Below are positions 62,892 through 64,000 of a stretch of 64,000 nt of DNA, in pieces. A model generated the notes under the pieces. That model ran no database searches. It was not told the DNA's origin and worked only from the letters and a program-made list of their open reading frames with translations. The DNA lies in contig JBAROI010000054.1 of the NCBI GenBank assembly GCA_049642015.1, positions 553-64,552 on the forward strand, given 5' to 3'. The position numbers and the translations under genes are program-made. The stretch is from Candidatus Omnitrophota bacterium. Lineage in GTDB: Bacteria > Omnitrophota > Gorgyraeia > Tantalellales > Tantalellaceae. Position 1 is the stretch's first letter. Every line of letters starts with the position of its first letter.

Positions 62892-64000
62892 ATGGGCGAA
62901 AAAGTTAACTATAAAGAGACTCTTAATCTTCCGAAGACTTCGTTCTCAATGAAGGCTAACCTGCCCCAGAGGGAGCCCGAGATCCTTAAGAAATGGCAGA
63001 AGTCCGACGTTTACGCCGGGATCATAAAAAACCGCGAAAACGCCGGGAAGACCTTTATCCTGCACGACGGTCCCCCGTACGCGAACGGCCATATCCACAT
63101 GGGACACGTTCTCAACAAGATACTCAAGGATATCTGTGTTAAGTATTTCACGATGAAAGGATATCTCTCTCCCTTTATACCGGGGTGGGATTGCCACGGA
63201 TTGCCGGTCGAGCACCAGCTTTTTAAAGAACTGGACATAGGCAAGGACGATATCAGCCAGGTCGAATTCCGCAAGAAGGCTTATAAATACGCCATGAAAT
63301 ACGTGGACATACAGTCCGACGAGTTTGAAAGGCTCGGGGTGTTCGGGGACTGGAAAAATCCCTACCTGACGCTGACCAAAGACTACGAAGCCGACATTCT
63401 ATCGGCGCTCGCGGACCTTTACGAGAAGGGTTATATCTACAAAGACTTGAAGCCCGTGAATTGGTGCAGATCCTGCGAAACGGCCCTGGCGGAGGCTGAA
63501 GTGGAATACGAGGACAAGACCTCGCCTTCGATCTATGTGAAGTTCGAGTCCGAAGTCAAAGTGGGGGGAAAGAAAACATTTTTCGTTATATGGACCACCA
63601 CGCCCTGGACGCTTGTTGCCAATGTCGCCATTGCCGTTCACCCGGAATTCATGTATTCGTATGTTGAAACCGGAGGCGAAGTATGGATCATGGCCTCTGA
63701 CCTTGCCGGAAGCTTAATGGAGAAATTCCAGATAAAGGATTATAACGTCACGGCCGAACATCCCGGAGGGAAGATAGCGGAAGAAATGAAAAGCGCCAGG
63801 CATCCGTTCATAGACAGGGATTCGGTGATAGTGCGGGCTGATTACGTCACGAAAGAGGAGGGGACGGGCTGTGTGCACACCGCCCCGGGGCACGGCCAGG
63901 AGGATTACCTGACAGGAAAGAAATATGGCCTTCCCATGGTGATGCCCGTTGATAGTAAGGGAAAATTCATGGAGGAAGCCGGCGAGTTTTCCGGACAGGA
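62892..64000 (+). CDS. ileS: isoleucine--tRNA ligase (N-terminal part; continues beyond window)
   Basis: Class I HIGH motif PYANGHIHMGHVLNKILKD and IleS-type N-terminus; no stop before window end. Confidence 0.85.
   Translation, partial: MGEKVNYKETLNLPKTSFSMKANLPQREPEILKKWQKSDVYAGIIKNRENAGKTFILHDGPPYANGHIHMGHVLNKILKDICVKYFTMKGYLSPFIPGWDCHGLPVEHQLFKELDIGKDDISQVEFRKKAYKYAMKYVDIQSDEFERLGVFGDWKNPYLTLTKDYEADILSALADLYEKGYIYKDLKPVNWCRSCETALAEAEVEYEDKTSPSIYVKFESEVKVGGKKTFFVIWTTTPWTLVANVAIAVHPEFMYSYVETGGEVWIMASDLAGSLMEKFQIKDYNVTAEHPGGKIAEEMKSARHPFIDRDSVIVRADYVTKEEGTGCVHTAPGHGQEDYLTGKKYGLPMVMPVDSKGKFMEEAGEFSGQ

Overview
The window is a 64-kb chromosomal segment from a diderm (Gram-negative-type) bacterium. 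Diderm status is supported by lpxA, a C-terminal-Phe beta-barrel outer-membrane protein and a secretin. GC content is about 50%. Coding is dense, and all confidently called genes except two are on the + strand. No tRNA, rRNA or CRISPR array was recognisable by eye.

Recognisable content includes:
- An ornithine-lipid-type acyltransferase pair (OlsB-like and OlsA-like), acylphosphatase, ttcA and a minimal secretin.
- U32 peptidase, a chagasin-like protease inhibitor, PHP hydrolase, an outer-membrane beta-barrel protein and two DUF3047 paralogs.
- lpxA, a HEAT-repeat protein, two M48 peptidases, an EndoIII-like protein, an inositol monophosphatase, a response-regulator receiver and a NUDIX hydrolase.
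- Nitroreductase (one of the two minus-strand genes), a PIN-PhoH protein, DUF134, a SYLF-domain protein, greA and a metallophosphoesterase.
- An Rrf2-regulated metY-cysK-metX-metW sulfur amino-acid operon.
- A UvrD-type helicase fused to a PD-(D/E)xK/Fe-S nuclease, followed by a YhaM-like OB+HD exonuclease and a small zincin.
- arfB, an NSS-family transporter, a PC4-like protein and a PilZ protein.
- A complete dcw (division and cell-wall) cluster: mraZ-rsmH-ftsL-ftsI-murE-murF-mraY-murD-ftsW-murG-murC-murB-ddl-ftsQ-ftsA, then proC-yggT-DUF167-mtnP-ileS. No ftsZ follows ftsA.

The most unusual items are:
1. A ParA/MinD-type ATPase fused to a C-terminal CBM48/AMPK-beta glycogen-binding domain. 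It is divergently paired with a membrane-anchored protein carrying a carbohydrate-binding-module-like domain, and the shared promoter region contains a near-perfect 8-5-8 palindrome. I propose this as a candidate, undescribed ParA-based positioning system for a polysaccharide cargo.
2. Three families of structured intergenic elements that recur in the window (4, 2 and 2 copies). They show compensatory stem substitutions and G·U wobble pairs, start at or across upstream stop codons, and in family 1 end in the ribosome-binding site of the downstream gene.
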